From: Nitrososphaerota archaeon
Lineage (GTDB): Archaea; Thermoproteota; Nitrososphaeria_A; Caldarchaeales; Calditenuaceae
DNA length: 64,000 nucleotides
NCBI GenBank assembly: GCA_033581555.1
Contig: JAVQSZ010000001.1
Coordinates: 128,001 to 192,000, forward strand
Reading direction: 5' to 3'
The notes under the pieces were generated by a model, which was not told the origin of the DNA, did no database searches, and worked only from the letters and a program-made list of their open reading frames with translations. Position numbers and translations under genes: made by a program. Of this stretch, positions 9,838 to 19,743 are shown piece after piece (the stretch's first letter is position 1; every line of letters begins with the position of its first letter).

Positions 9838-9926
9838 GGGCCGCACGGACCCTCGGCGTCGTCCCTCGTCTCACATTCATGCCTCTGAGGATGCGTTAAA
9901 TAGACGCGCGGTGCAGCAAACCGCAG

Positions 9927-11894
9927 ATGCGAGTTTCCTGGATGATCGGGGGGGCGCAGGGGAGCGGCGTTGACTCCTCCGCCAATGTATACGCGTATGC
10001 CGCCGCCTCCTCCGGTTACAACGTCTATGGGAAGAGGGAGTACTTCTCGAACATCAAGGGCAGACACAGCTACTTCACCGTCGTCGCGTCTGACGGTCCG
10101 GTGAGGAGCGTCACCGACGAGGTCCACGTCCTGACGAGTTTCGACGCCGAGACCGTATTCAGGCACGCCTTCGAGGTGATGAAGGGCGGCGTGCTGATCT
10201 ATGACAAGTACCTCGAGGCTGAGCGGCTGAAGAACCAGTCGATGCTGGAGCCGGAGGAGATGGAGAGGCTGGAGCGCGAGCTCGAGGAGAGGGGCGTCTC
10301 GGGGACCGTGAAGGACGTCGTCAGGGCGGCTGAGGAGGGTGGGGCGCACGTGGTCCCGATGCCCTACATGGACCTCCTGAAGAGGGTGGGTGAAATAATA
10401 GGCGAGAGCCAGCTCAGCGCGCTCACCCGAATGGTCAACACGCTAGCCGTCGCGGCCTCCTTCAAGATCCTCAACGGAGAGATCGAGTACCTCGAGAAGG
10501 GGCTGAACTACGCCTTCAGGGCGAAGAGGGCGATCGTGAGGAACAACGTGATAGCGTGCCAGGTCGCATACGAGTACGTCGGTTCGGAGTTCGACGGCGT
10601 CAAGCTCGACGTGAACATCAGGCCGAGGCCCAACGCCAACAACGGCCGCAGGGTCCTCATCACGGGGACCTCGATGGTGGGGATCGCGAAGATCGCCGCG
10701 GGGTGCAGGGTGCAGGCCTATTACCCGATAACGCCCGCCGCCGACGAGAGCTTCTACCTCGAGGACGAGATGGAGTTCGGGGTCAATCCCGAGGCGGAGA
10801 CGGACCTCCCGGCCCTGGCCGAGTCGAAAGTCCTCTCCGAGAAGACGAGCGTCGTGGTCTTCCAGACTGAGGACGAGTTGGCCGCGATAGACCTGGCCGT
10901 CGGGGCGGCCTTAGCGGGAGCTAGGGCCGCGACCGCGACCTCCGGACCCGGGTTCTCCCTGATGCCCGAGGGCCTAGACTGGGCCAGCATAAACGAGGTG
11001 CCGGTCGTGATCACGATCTACTCGAGGGGAGGGCCGAGCACGGGCCTTCCGACCAGGCACGAGCAATCAGACCTACTCTTCAGCGTCTTCGCGGGTCACG
11101 GAGAAGCGCCGAGGATAGTCCTCGCCTCTGGCGACATCGAGGAGGCCTTCTACGACACGATAAGGGCCTTCAACTACGCCGAGCGGTACCAAATGCCGGT
11201 AATTCACCTACTCGACAAGTCAATAGCCAACTCGACGCAGAGCGTACCGTTCCCGGACCTCAGCAGGGTCGTGATAGACAGGGGAATACTCCTCGATTCG
11301 GCCGACAGGGAATACAAGAGGTTCGAGTTCACCGACTCAGGCATCTCGCCGAGGATCCCCTTGGGGACCAAGGACGTCGTATTCTGGAACACCGGCGACG
11401 AACACGACGAGCTCGGCCACATCTCCGAGGACCCCGTCAACAGGATCAGGATGATGGAGAAGAGGATGAGGAAGCTCGAGGTGGCCGCGAGGGAGATTCC
11501 GGCCGACGAGAAGATAGCCGTGTACGGCGACCCATCTGCGGAGAACTGGATCATCAGTTGGGGCTCCACGAAGGGCCCGGTGCTCGACGGCCTCGACCTG
11601 CTGAGGGAGGAGGGCTTCGACCACAACCTGGCGTTCCTTCAAGTCAAGCTCCTCTGGCCGTTCCCCGGGGAACTGATCAAGGAGACGTTGAAGGGCGCGA
11701 AGAGGGTGATCGACCTCGAGCAGAACTACATGGGCCAGATGGGGCTGCTGATGAGGATGACTACCGGGATGGAGCCTACGAACTTCGTCCTGAAGTACAA
11801 CGGCAGGCCCTTCACGATGACCGAGGTCCGCGACGCGGTCAAGGCGGTCATCAGGACCAACGTCAAGAGGCTCGTCACGAACAGGGGCAGGTAG
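9927..11894 (+). CDS. 2-oxoacid:ferredoxin oxidoreductase alpha subunit (gamma-alpha fusion)
   Basis: GGAQGSGV, YYPITPA, QTEDELAA, TATSGPGFSLM, RGGPSTGLPT. Confidence 0.93.
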   Translation: MRVSWMIGGAQGSGVDSSANVYAYAAASSGYNVYGKREYFSNIKGRHSYFTVVASDGPVRSVTDEVHVLTSFDAETVFRHAFEVMKGGVLIYDKYLEAERLKNQSMLEPEEMERLERELEERGVSGTVKDVVRAAEEGGAHVVPMPYMDLLKRVGEIIGESQLSALTRMVNTLAVAASFKILNGEIEYLEKGLNYAFRAKRAIVRNNVIACQVAYEYVGSEFDGVKLDVNIRPRPNANNGRRVLITGTSMVGIAKIAAGCRVQAYYPITPAADESFYLEDEMEFGVNPEAETDLPALAESKVLSEKTSVVVFQTEDELAAIDLAVGAALAGARAATATSGPGFSLMPEGLDWASINEVPVVITIYSRGGPSTGLPTRHEQSDLLFSVFAGHGEAPRIVLASGDIEEAFYDTIRAFNYAERYQMPVIHLLDKSIANSTQSVPFPDLSRVVIDRGILLDSADREYKRFEFTDSGISPRIPLGTKDVVFWNTGDEHDELGHISEDPVNRIRMMEKRMRKLEVAAREIPADEKIAVYGDPSAENWIISWGSTKGPVLDGLDLLREEGFDHNLAFLQVKLLWPFPGELIKETLKGAKRVIDLEQNYMGQMGLLMRMTTGMEPTNFVLKYNGRPFTMTEVRDAVKAVIRTNVKRLVTNRGR

Positions 11895-11963
11895 CGCTCT
11901 ACCTTCGGTCAACATATATAACGTTACGTATTGGTGATTTCAGAGCAAGTCGGGTGCGGGATC

Positions 11964-12410
11964 GTGTCGGCTGTCGCCGCGAAGAGGTTCGCTGAGGAGT
12001 TCGCCTCGACCCTCGACAAGTCGGTCTCGGTCTCCCTCAAGTCGGGAGTCAGGCTGATAGGGAAGCTGGTAGCCTTCAACCAGTCCGACTACAGTCTCTG
12101 GCTGGCCGACGTCACCTCATCCGACGGGAGGACCGCGAAGAAGCTCTTCGTAGCGGGCAGCGAGGTCTCCTCGATCGAGGTGCTGGAGAGGGGGCCGGAG
12201 CTCGACTCCCTCTACGAGAGGCTCAGCAGGACCTTCCCGAACATGGTCAAGTACCTGAGGGACGTGGGCGTCATACTGGTCATGGACAGGATCAGGGTCA
12301 CGAAGGACGGCGTCGTCGAGGGGACGGGCACGGCCGCCCAGAGGGTCCAGAAGATCTGGGAGGAGTGGAAGAAGGAGGAGGCGGAGAGACAGCAGGCCGC
12401 GGGGACCTGA
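11964..12410 (+). CDS. Sm-like protein with C-terminal domain (SmAP3 type)
   Basis: Sm fold (GKLVAFNQ...LFVAGSEVSSI) followed by FPNMVKY...VMDRIRV...GVVEGTG. Confidence 0.85.
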   Translation: MSAVAAKRFAEEFASTLDKSVSVSLKSGVRLIGKLVAFNQSDYSLWLADVTSSDGRTAKKLFVAGSEVSSIEVLERGPELDSLYERLSRTFPNMVKYLRDVGVILVMDRIRVTKDGVVEGTGTAAQRVQKIWEEWKKEEAERQQAAGT

Positions 12411-12411
12411 G

Positions 12412-13140
12412 TCAGGACTCGAGGCGCGCGATCGTCCTCGTGGAGACCGAGATCACGTCGTCAACCGAGACCTCGCCTATCCCTAGGTCAGCCAACCTAT
12501 CGAGGACCTGCACCGCCCTCCTGCACGCGTAGTAGTCCGGGGTCGACTCGGAGACCTCGATCAGCATCCCCATGTTCTCCATCCCCGCCATGCCTGCGAG
12601 GTTCATCAGTATCCCCGCTGCCCCCACGATCTGCCCAGAGTAGACCTGGCCGTCTATCAGCTTGACGTACTTCTGGAGGACCGCTTTGTCGGTGGAGGAG
12701 CAGTAGACCTCGCGCCTCGGCGAGACGCTCTCCCTCCCGCCCAGCCCTCCGACCGTGAAGGCCCTCGTCGCGCCCATTCCCTTCACGAGGTCTATCACCG
12801 TGCTGCAGAACTCGTACTGCCCGTAGCTCGACGAAGGCTGGGCGGTCCCGTACAAGACGAGCGTCGGCGATGGCTCCTCGACCGCGTATATGTCCGCGAA
12901 GTTGAGGACGATCCTGCCGTCCGAGACGAACGCGGAGGTCGGGAACTCCGGAGAGTAGAGCCTGCAGACCCTCTTCGCCTTCACGACGCCGAGGATATGC
13001 GCGATCGCGACCTTAGACACCATCCCTATCCCAGGGAGGCCCTCGATGAAGGTCGCTCCCTCGAGCCTGTACTCCTTCATGCCCGGCTCGAAGACAACGA
13101 GCGTCCTGAGCGCCGAGTCCCCGAACTTCAGCGGGCCCAC
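12412..13140 (-). CDS. PAC2-family proteasome assembly chaperone
   Basis: FIEGLPGIGMVSK, GTAQP, TVGG, GQIVGAAG, PD motif. Confidence 0.85.
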   Translation of the reverse strand: MGPLKFGDSALRTLVVFEPGMKEYRLEGATFIEGLPGIGMVSKVAIAHILGVVKAKRVCRLYSPEFPTSAFVSDGRIVLNFADIYAVEEPSPTLVLYGTAQPSSSYGQYEFCSTVIDLVKGMGATRAFTVGGLGGRESVSPRREVYCSSTDKAVLQKYVKLIDGQVYSGQIVGAAGILMNLAGMAGMENMGMLIEVSESTPDYYACRRAVQVLDRLADLGIGEVSVDDVISVSTRTIARLES

Positions 13141-13165
13141 CTTGGACGGAAATCCGGCGGCCGCG

Positions 13166-13858
13166 TCAAATACTTTCGGGGATCGGACGATCCAGTTCGG
13201 GTATCAGGTCGACGTAGTGGAACCTCCCGTCCCTCACCACGAACTCGCCGAGCCTGAACCTAACGGGCCTGCTGAACGTCGGGCCGTCGTAGACGAACGT
13301 GTGGTACTCTCCGCGTTCGCCCGCGGGGTCGATGCCCGCTGCCGAGGACCTCAGTAGTGCAGTGTCGAGCTCCTTGCCCAGCAGCGCAGAGGGGTCCGCG
13401 GCGTCTCCGTCGACGACGCAGATCACGGCCCTGTACCCGAGGCCCACGAACCTCTCGACGACCTTCGCGGGGTCCTCGCCCCACAGCGGGAAGAGCAGCT
13501 CGACGCCGGACCGGGCCATCCTCTCCTCCCTGTACCTCCGGACGTCCTCGAGCCAGATGTCGCCGAACGCGACCGCGTCGACGCCGAACTCGGTCCTCAG
13601 CCGCTCGACCGCCTCCGACATCCTCCGCTCGTAGACCTCGTTCGGTGCGTTTGGAGGAATCCAGACCTCGAGGACCTCAAGCCCGAGCGACTCCGCCTGC
13701 CTCAGGAGAAGCTCTCGCCTCACGCCGTGCATCGTCACCCTGTTGAACCCCTCAGTGAGGGTCGTGAGCAGACAGGCCACCTCATGGCCGCGCGAGATCA
13801 CCTCGTGGAGCGTCAGGGCGCTATCCTTCCCGGTGCTCCACGATACAGTGACCCGCAA
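13166..13858 (-). CDS. PP-loop ATPase, Dph6/DUF71-like
   Basis: SWSTGKDS, AFGDIWLEDVR, DPAGERGEYHTFVYDGP. Confidence 0.85.
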   Translation of the reverse strand: MRVTVSWSTGKDSALTLHEVISRGHEVACLLTTLTEGFNRVTMHGVRRELLLRQAESLGLEVLEVWIPPNAPNEVYERRMSEAVERLRTEFGVDAVAFGDIWLEDVRRYREERMARSGVELLFPLWGEDPAKVVERFVGLGYRAVICVVDGDAADPSALLGKELDTALLRSSAAGIDPAGERGEYHTFVYDGPTFSRPVRFRLGEFVVRDGRFHYVDLIPELDRPIPESI

Positions 13859-13925
13859 CCGCTCAGTCGACTCGGACGCACCTCAAAAAGGAGACGATAA
13901 TAGGACCTGGGCAGGTGGTCGGGGG

Positions 13926-14774
13926 ATGGGCAGGCCGAGGGCTTCGACGGCTGAGATCGTGGTCGTGGGCAACGAAGTCCTGAACGGCGAAGTCCTCGAC
14001 ACCAACAGCAACTGGCTGGCGAAGAGGCTCTATGCCTCGGGGCTCGTCCTGAGGAGGGTCACGGCGGTTAGGGACGACTTAAGGGAGATATCGGCCGCAG
14101 TGAGGGAGGCGCTCAGGAGGAAGACCGAGTGGATCTTCACCACGGGCGGGTTGGGGCCGACCGACGACGACATGACCCTGAGGGGCGTCGCGTTGGCGAC
14201 GAGAAGGAGACTCGTCTTGAACTCGGAGGCGCTCGAGATGCTCCGGGACCGGTACTCGAGGCTCTACGAGATGGGCGTGGTGAGGGAGAGGGAGCTTACC
14301 CCCTCCAGGCTGAAGATGGCCATGTTGCCGAGGGGCGCGAAGGCCCTGCGGAACCGAGTCGGGTCGGCGCCTGGCTCCTTGCTCAAGCACGGCAGGTCCT
14401 GGATAATCTCGCTTCCAGGGGTCCCATCGGAGATGAAGGACATCTACGAGAACGAGGTCGAACCTCTCCTGCTGAAGAGCGCGAGGAGGACCTTCAGGAG
14501 CGTCGGAGGACTGGTGGTGAGGGGCGTCCCCGAATCGGCTCTCGCGCCGGTGCTGAGCGCGGTCAGCAGGAGGCACAAGCAGACGTACGTCAAGTCCCAC
14601 CCGAAGGGCATCGAGGCCGGCCGATCGGTGGTGGAGATCGTGGTCCACGGCGAGGGAGGGAGCGAGGAGGAGGCGAGGAGGGTCGTCGAGGAGGTGCTGC
14701 GGGAGCTCCAGGAGCAGGTCAAGGGACTTATGCCGGCCTCCCTCGAGAGGATCGAGGCGAGGGAAGGGGGTTGA
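13926..14774 (+). CDS. CinA-like molybdopterin-binding-domain protein (no PncC domain)
   Basis: VGNEVLNGEVLDTN, TGGLGPTDDDMT, LPGVPSEM, YVKSHP. Confidence 0.88.
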   Translation: MGRPRASTAEIVVVGNEVLNGEVLDTNSNWLAKRLYASGLVLRRVTAVRDDLREISAAVREALRRKTEWIFTTGGLGPTDDDMTLRGVALATRRRLVLNSEALEMLRDRYSRLYEMGVVRERELTPSRLKMAMLPRGAKALRNRVGSAPGSLLKHGRSWIISLPGVPSEMKDIYENEVEPLLLKSARRTFRSVGGLVVRGVPESALAPVLSAVSRRHKQTYVKSHPKGIEAGRSVVEIVVHGEGGSEEEARRVVEEVLRELQEQVKGLMPASLERIEAREGG

Positions 14775-15805
14775 GCCGCGAGCTCAGCGCCTCGGAGCTG
14801 ATCGGCGACGAGCGGTACGGCGCCATGCTCAAGCAGATCTCCGACCAGCCGGTCCTCTACAGAGTTGGCCTCGCGAAGGGCGTCAAAGTCCCGGTCCCTG
14901 ATAGGCCCGTGAGGGCCTTCGTTGTGTATGGCCTTGGAGGGTCGGCCATGCCGGGCGCGATGCTGGCCTCGCTCGCCTCGCTTCACGCCGACGTCCCGGT
15001 CGTGGTCTCGAACGGCTCCCATCCGCCAGCGTGGATTCGCGAGGACGACTTCGTGGCCTTGGTGAGCTACTCGGGGAGGACGACTGAGGTGATTAGGGCG
15101 CTGGACGTCCTGTCGAAGAGGAGCATCAAGCCATTGGTACTGGCTAGCGGCGGGAAGCTCCTGCAGTCAGCGGAGGAGATAGGGCTGCCGACCGTGAGGC
15201 TCACTCCCGAGATGACCCCGCGGATGTCGGTCCCCGAGATGTTCGGGGTGCTGGTCGCCGTATACCACAGGGTCTCCGAGTGCGAGGCGTTCTCGCCCGA
15301 GTCTGTGTCGTCCGCGGCGGAGAGGCTTTCGGCTTTCTGGAGGAGGATCTCCCCCGAAGTGAAACCCGAGGAGAACGACGCGAAGACGTGCGCCCTCCTA
15401 ACCTCCGAGGGTACGCTCAGCGTCTTCGGGTGGGGACACATGCACATAGCTGCCCTGAGGCTGAGGAACCAGCTCGCGGAGAACGCGAAGCTCCCCTGCG
15501 TCGTCAACGAGGTCCCTGAGAACCTCCACAACACCGTCGAGTCCATGGGGGCCTTCAAGGGCCTGAGGCACGTGGCCCTCAGGTCGAAAAACGAGCCCCA
15601 GGACGTAGCGCTGCAATTCAGTGTCCTCGGTTCAATTCTGGAGCTCACGCTGACGGTCTCGTTCGCGGGCGGCCCCGTTTACGAGCTGATGTCCTCGGTG
15701 ATGTGGGCAGACGCGGTCAGCATCTACGCCGCGGCCCTGCGCGGTGTCGACCCGAGGGAGATACCGACGATCTCCAGGATCAGGCGAGCAGTGGAGGGAG
15801 CGTGA
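14771..15805 (+). CDS. Bifunctional phosphoglucose/phosphomannose isomerase (SIS)
   Basis: GLGGSA, VSYSGRTTE, QLAENAK, PENLHN; TTG start overlaps the upstream stop. Confidence 0.85.
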   Translation: MSRELSASELIGDERYGAMLKQISDQPVLYRVGLAKGVKVPVPDRPVRAFVVYGLGGSAMPGAMLASLASLHADVPVVVSNGSHPPAWIREDDFVALVSYSGRTTEVIRALDVLSKRSIKPLVLASGGKLLQSAEEIGLPTVRLTPEMTPRMSVPEMFGVLVAVYHRVSECEAFSPESVSSAAERLSAFWRRISPEVKPEENDAKTCALLTSEGTLSVFGWGHMHIAALRLRNQLAENAKLPCVVNEVPENLHNTVESMGAFKGLRHVALRSKNEPQDVALQFSVLGSILELTLTVSFAGGPVYELMSSVMWADAVSIYAAALRGVDPREIPTISRIRRAVEGA

Positions 15806-16338
15806 GCTTGTGGGCGATTGAGAGGCTGAAGTGGGCAGCAATAACCACAGCGATACTTTACGTGGTCTTCGCTGCGGCAGCGCACGTGCCCCTCGGACGG
15901 GAGGAAGCGCGCCGGATGTCCGAGGAGCTCTCGTCAATCGCAGCATCGATAGACTCGCCGCTGAAGATCTTCGCGAACAACGCAGCGATTGCCTTGCTGA
16001 TGGTCGTGCCCCTGCTAGGCGCAGCTGCTGGACTGTACGTCATCTATAACACAGGCCTCTATCTCTCTGCGCTCGCCATAACTTCTGGCACCCCTCCGGC
16101 TCTGCTCGCAGTCGTCCCCGTCCTCGCGGTCTACGGGGTCCTCGAGTTCTTCGGTTACGGGATTTGCTTCAGCGAGGGCATCAGGCTTCTCCTCGCGATC
16201 GCGAAGAGGAGACTTAGGCCAGAGATCAGACCAACGTCGTTTATGGTCGCGTTGGGGCTGCTCGTGCTATTCGTGGCCGCGCTTCTAGAATTTCTGATAA
16301 TTCAGTCCCTCCAGACCTTTAGCGCGTGGTTCTCCTGA
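15802..16338 (+). CDS. SpoIIM/DUF95-family membrane protein
   Basis: KIFANN, YNTG, YGVLEF, LFVAALLE. Confidence 0.8.
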   Translation: MSLWAIERLKWAAITTAILYVVFAAAAHVPLGREEARRMSEELSSIAASIDSPLKIFANNAAIALLMVVPLLGAAAGLYVIYNTGLYLSALAITSGTPPALLAVVPVLAVYGVLEFFGYGICFSEGIRLLLAIAKRRLRPEIRPTSFMVALGLLVLFVAALLEFLIIQSLQTFSAWFS

Positions 16339-16397
16339 TATCTGAGAGTAGAGGTGACCAATTAGAAATATATAGCAGCTTAACTGCGTCTATATCG

Positions 16398-16742
16398 ATG
16401 GCGAGACGGCTTAAGAGAAATCCTAAGGGGTATTCGGAACCGATAATATTGAAAACTCTCCTGAAATCACCAATGACGGTATCGCAGCTGGAGAAGGCGA
16501 CTAAGATAAAGAAGCCAACCCTCTACCTCTCCCTCAACAGGCTCATCAAGAACGGACTGGTCACCAGCGACAGGGCGAAGAGGAACAGGAAGTTCAGCCT
16601 GACGAGGCGGGGCCGGGTCATCGCGAGGAACAGGGCGAAGGCCGAGAGGATGCTGGAGTCGATAATGCCGAGGCTGAGGGAGGTCCTGAGGCTCGGGATA
16701 GGGATGAGGGAGATAGAGAAGGCTATCTCGGCAGGGTCCTGA
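16398..16742 (+). CDS. Winged-helix transcriptional regulator (PadR/MarR-like)
   Basis: PMTVSQL...KPTLYLSLNRLIKNGLV...RKFSLTRRG. Confidence 0.75.
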   Translation: MARRLKRNPKGYSEPIILKTLLKSPMTVSQLEKATKIKKPTLYLSLNRLIKNGLVTSDRAKRNRKFSLTRRGRVIARNRAKAERMLESIMPRLREVLRLGIGMREIEKAISAGS

Positions 16743-17445
16743 CCACTGGGAAGAGCAGGTCGCCGTAAAGAAGGTTGACGACGTGACCTACAGCGATGAA
16801 GACGATCAAGGGTATGCCCGGGGTCGCCCAGACCCTCTCGGAGGAGCTGGCCGAGGGGTCGGAGAAGTAGTCGTCGAGGGGCGGCGAGAACGAGAGCCTT
16901 TTGCCGCTCCCGACGGTCACCTTGGCCCAGAAGCTCTTCGGCCAGTCGACCCTTGTCCCTAGGAGAAGCGCCCCGAGCTTCAGGTGCGCCGGGACGCCCT
17001 CGAGCCCCTCGAAGACCCGCTCGCCCTTGAGCAGCGGCCTGACTAGGAGGTTGTAGGCCAGGAGGGCTGAGGGGACGGAGAGTGAGATCAGCAGCCCGTT
17101 GAGCAGGGAGGTGATCGGTACGAACGGGTGGAACCTGTTTCCGTCGAGGGAGACGGGGAGCGCGATGGCGATCGCGATGACGGCCTTCGCGTCGGCGCCG
17201 CCGTAGAACCCGAGCCTGTAGAAGAGCAGGGCCACGACAGTGGAGACGGCGATCGACGCGGTCGCCATGAGTGGGTAGTCCGAGTCGTGCCTGAGGACGT
17301 AGAGGTATGCCGTCGAGGGCAGCGTGAGCGAGGCGAGGAGCAGCCAGACCCAGTCGTCCACCTCCCTCCGCCTCAGGTCCATGACCGAAGCTACGGCGAG
17401 CATCGCAGTCGTGACGGCCGCGTTGAGGGCCTCGAGGGGGCTCAA
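16723..17445 (-). CDS. Prepilin/prearchaellin peptidase, A24 family (PibD/FlaK-like)
   Basis: ASVMDLRRREV, YGGADAKA, VWATPGIPLIVFI. Confidence 0.88.
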   Translation of the reverse strand: MSPLEALNAAVTTAMLAVASVMDLRRREVDDWVWLLLASLTLPSTAYLYVLRHDSDYPLMATASIAVSTVVALLFYRLGFYGGADAKAVIAIAIALPVSLDGNRFHPFVPITSLLNGLLISLSVPSALLAYNLLVRPLLKGERVFEGLEGVPAHLKLGALLLGTRVDWPKSFWAKVTVGSGKRLSFSPPLDDYFSDPSASSSERVWATPGIPLIVFIAVGHVVNLLYGDLLFPVVRTLPR

Positions 17446-17464
17446 GGCGTCGACGGTTGCGGGC

Positions 17465-18100
17465 CTACTCCGCGACGCCCTCGACGGCCGCGGTCGTGAC
17501 GAACTGCTCTAGCGTGACGTTCGCGAGCAGCTCTGGCGTAGCTTGGCCGCGCTCGATCAGGACCCTCCTGGCCAGGTACCAGAACCCGAACGGCAGCGAG
17601 AGCCTACCCCTGTTGTTGATCGGGATTATCAGGTCGACGTTGGAGGTCGTGTTGTCGCTGCTGCACATCGCGATTATCGGGATCTTCGCGATCCGCGCCT
17701 CGTTCACCACTTGGGCGTCGAACCTAGGGTCCGAGACGACTATGATCTCCGGCTCCATGTAGTACCTGAGGGCCTTGTTGGTGAAGGCCCCTGCGGGGAT
17801 CTTCCCGGAGATGGCGCGGGCGCCCGTGACCTCCGCGAACCTCTGGACGGCCTTCGTGCCGTAGACGTGTGTTGACACCGCGACGACCTTCTCAGGCGGG
17901 TAAAGGGCGATCAGCCTCGCGGCCAGGTTCAGCCTCTCGACGACCTTCTTCACGTCGAAGAGGTGGACACCGTCGGACCTCTGCCTGAACACGAACCTCT
18001 CCATGTGGGCGACCTTCACTTTGGCCCCGAGGTGGGCATTGCACTTCACGAGGACCTCGGCGATCTCGACCTCAGGGGAGACGGCGACGTCGGAGGTCAA
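17465..18100 (-). CDS. rps2: 30S ribosomal protein S2
   Basis: AHLG, PGAFTN-like (PAGAFTN), VSDPRFDAQVVNEA, DLIIPINNRG. Confidence 0.95.
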   Translation of the reverse strand: MTSDVAVSPEVEIAEVLVKCNAHLGAKVKVAHMERFVFRQRSDGVHLFDVKKVVERLNLAARLIALYPPEKVVAVSTHVYGTKAVQRFAEVTGARAISGKIPAGAFTNKALRYYMEPEIIVVSDPRFDAQVVNEARIAKIPIIAMCSSDNTTSNVDLIIPINNRGRLSLPFGFWYLARRVLIERGQATPELLANVTLEQFVTTAAVEGVAE

Positions 18101-19353
18101 GGCCTCAACCTCCTGATCCTCCCCTCACCAACCTCCTCCTCTGTCCTCAGCAGCTCGTTCAGCTTCGCCACCCTTTCACCGCCGATCAGGCCGCACTTTA
18201 TAACCTTGCAGCCAGTTCCGACCGCGACCTGCGAGATGTAGGCATCGGTCGTCTCGCCGGAGCGATGGGACGCGACGGCCACCGCACCGTTCGACGCGCA
18301 CGCCTTCACCGCCTCCAGTGTTAGTGTGAGGGTCCCGACCTGGTTGGGCTTGACGATCGCAGCCCTTATCGCGCCCCTTCTCGCCATCTCCGATATCAGC
18401 TCTGCCCTGGTGACGACGAGGTCGTCGCCGCAGACCAGCACGGACTTGAGGTCGCGCTGGAGCTCCGCGTACAGCTCTGGCGAGTCCTCGGAGAAGGGGT
18501 CCTCGATGTAGACGAGCCCGAACTCGTCCGCGATGGCTGCGAGGTAGTCCCTGAACTCCTGACCGGTGAGGTAGAGGCCCTCGGACCTAAGCGCGTACTT
18601 CCCGGACTTCGGGTCGTAGACGTTGCTCCCTGCGACGTCGAGCCCCACTCCCACCTCGACGCCGGTCTCATCGGAGGCCTCGTCGGCCGCGGCCCTCACG
18701 AGCTCGAGGGCCTTCCTGTTCCCGATCGGGGGCGCGTAGCCGCCCTCGTCGCCCTTGCCCAGGGGGAACCCGGGCAGCTCGCGCTGGAGCAGCCTCCCGA
18801 GCCTCCTGTACGCGATGACGTTGACCTCAATCGCCTCCTTCATCGTCCTCGCGCCCAGCGGTATCAGCAGGAACTCCTGGATCTCCGGAGCTCCGGGGCC
18901 GGCGTGCGCACCTCCTCCCAGGACGTTCGAGAGCGGTAAGGGTAGGGCCGGAGTCTCCCCGGTCAGGTGCGCGAGGGCCTCGTGGAGCCTCTTGCCCTCC
19001 GAGGCAGCGTAAGCGGTGGCAGCCGCGACCGAGAGCGCGATGGCCGTGTTACCCCCGATCGCCGAGAGGTCAGGGGTGCGGTCGATCTCGGCCAGCAGCG
19101 CGTCCATCGCCAGCAGACCGTCGAGCTCGCGGCCCAGCAGCCCAGCGAACCTCTCCCGGACGAGCCTGACCGCGGCCTCCGGACCACCTTCCGGGAACGG
19201 GACGACCTCCCTCTTCCCCCTGCTCTTCCCCGACGGAGCTCCGGCCCTCGCTGTGTGGCCGTCGACCGTGACCTCGACCTCCACGGTCTTATCGCCCCTA
19301 CTGTCGAAGACCACCCTCGCGGTCACCCGCTCGAGCCGCTTTGCCCTAGACAC
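18097..19353 (-). CDS. eno: Enolase
   Basis: DSRG, PSGKSRG, GDEGG, IEDPF, GDDL, VKPNQVG, SHRSGET, ERVAKLN. Confidence 0.97.
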   Translation of the reverse strand: MSRAKRLERVTARVVFDSRGDKTVEVEVTVDGHTARAGAPSGKSRGKREVVPFPEGGPEAAVRLVRERFAGLLGRELDGLLAMDALLAEIDRTPDLSAIGGNTAIALSVAAATAYAASEGKRLHEALAHLTGETPALPLPLSNVLGGGAHAGPGAPEIQEFLLIPLGARTMKEAIEVNVIAYRRLGRLLQRELPGFPLGKGDEGGYAPPIGNRKALELVRAAADEASDETGVEVGVGLDVAGSNVYDPKSGKYALRSEGLYLTGQEFRDYLAAIADEFGLVYIEDPFSEDSPELYAELQRDLKSVLVCGDDLVVTRAELISEMARRGAIRAAIVKPNQVGTLTLTLEAVKACASNGAVAVASHRSGETTDAYISQVAVGTGCKVIKCGLIGGERVAKLNELLRTEEEVGEGRIRRLRP

Positions 19354-19399
19354 GTCACGCTGCTCCCCTTCTCCTGATTTAACCCCTTCCTCCCCGGCC

Positions 19400-19621
19400 T
19401 CACCGCCTGAGAGGCCTCTGCCTCGAGTGGACCTCGAAGGCGATCAGCTCGTCGATGTACTCGACGTGGGAGAGGAACATCCTCCTGCAGCAGTACCTCT
19501 TGATCCCGAGCTCGTCGAGGACCTGGCCCGGGTGCCTACCCGACTCGACCTCGGACCTGTATCTCTCCCAGAGGTGCGCGAGGGGCTTCCCGCAGCTGAA
19601 GCACCTGATCGGGAACATCAA
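19400..19621 (-). CDS. rpoN: RNA polymerase subunit N (Rpo10)
   Basis: MMFPIRCFSCGK...RYCCRRM. Confidence 0.97.
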   Translation of the reverse strand: MMFPIRCFSCGKPLAHLWERYRSEVESGRHPGQVLDELGIKRYCCRRMFLSHVEYIDELIAFEVHSRQRPLRR

Positions 19622-19743
19622 GGGCCCTGCTCCCGGCTTTCCGCACGGCCCCGTCTAATTTAGTGTTCGGCCCCTGCCCGGTTAGGCGTGGTGAGGTGGC
19701 GGGCACACGGTTTTTGACGGGGAATCGGTCCGATGGCGGGGAG

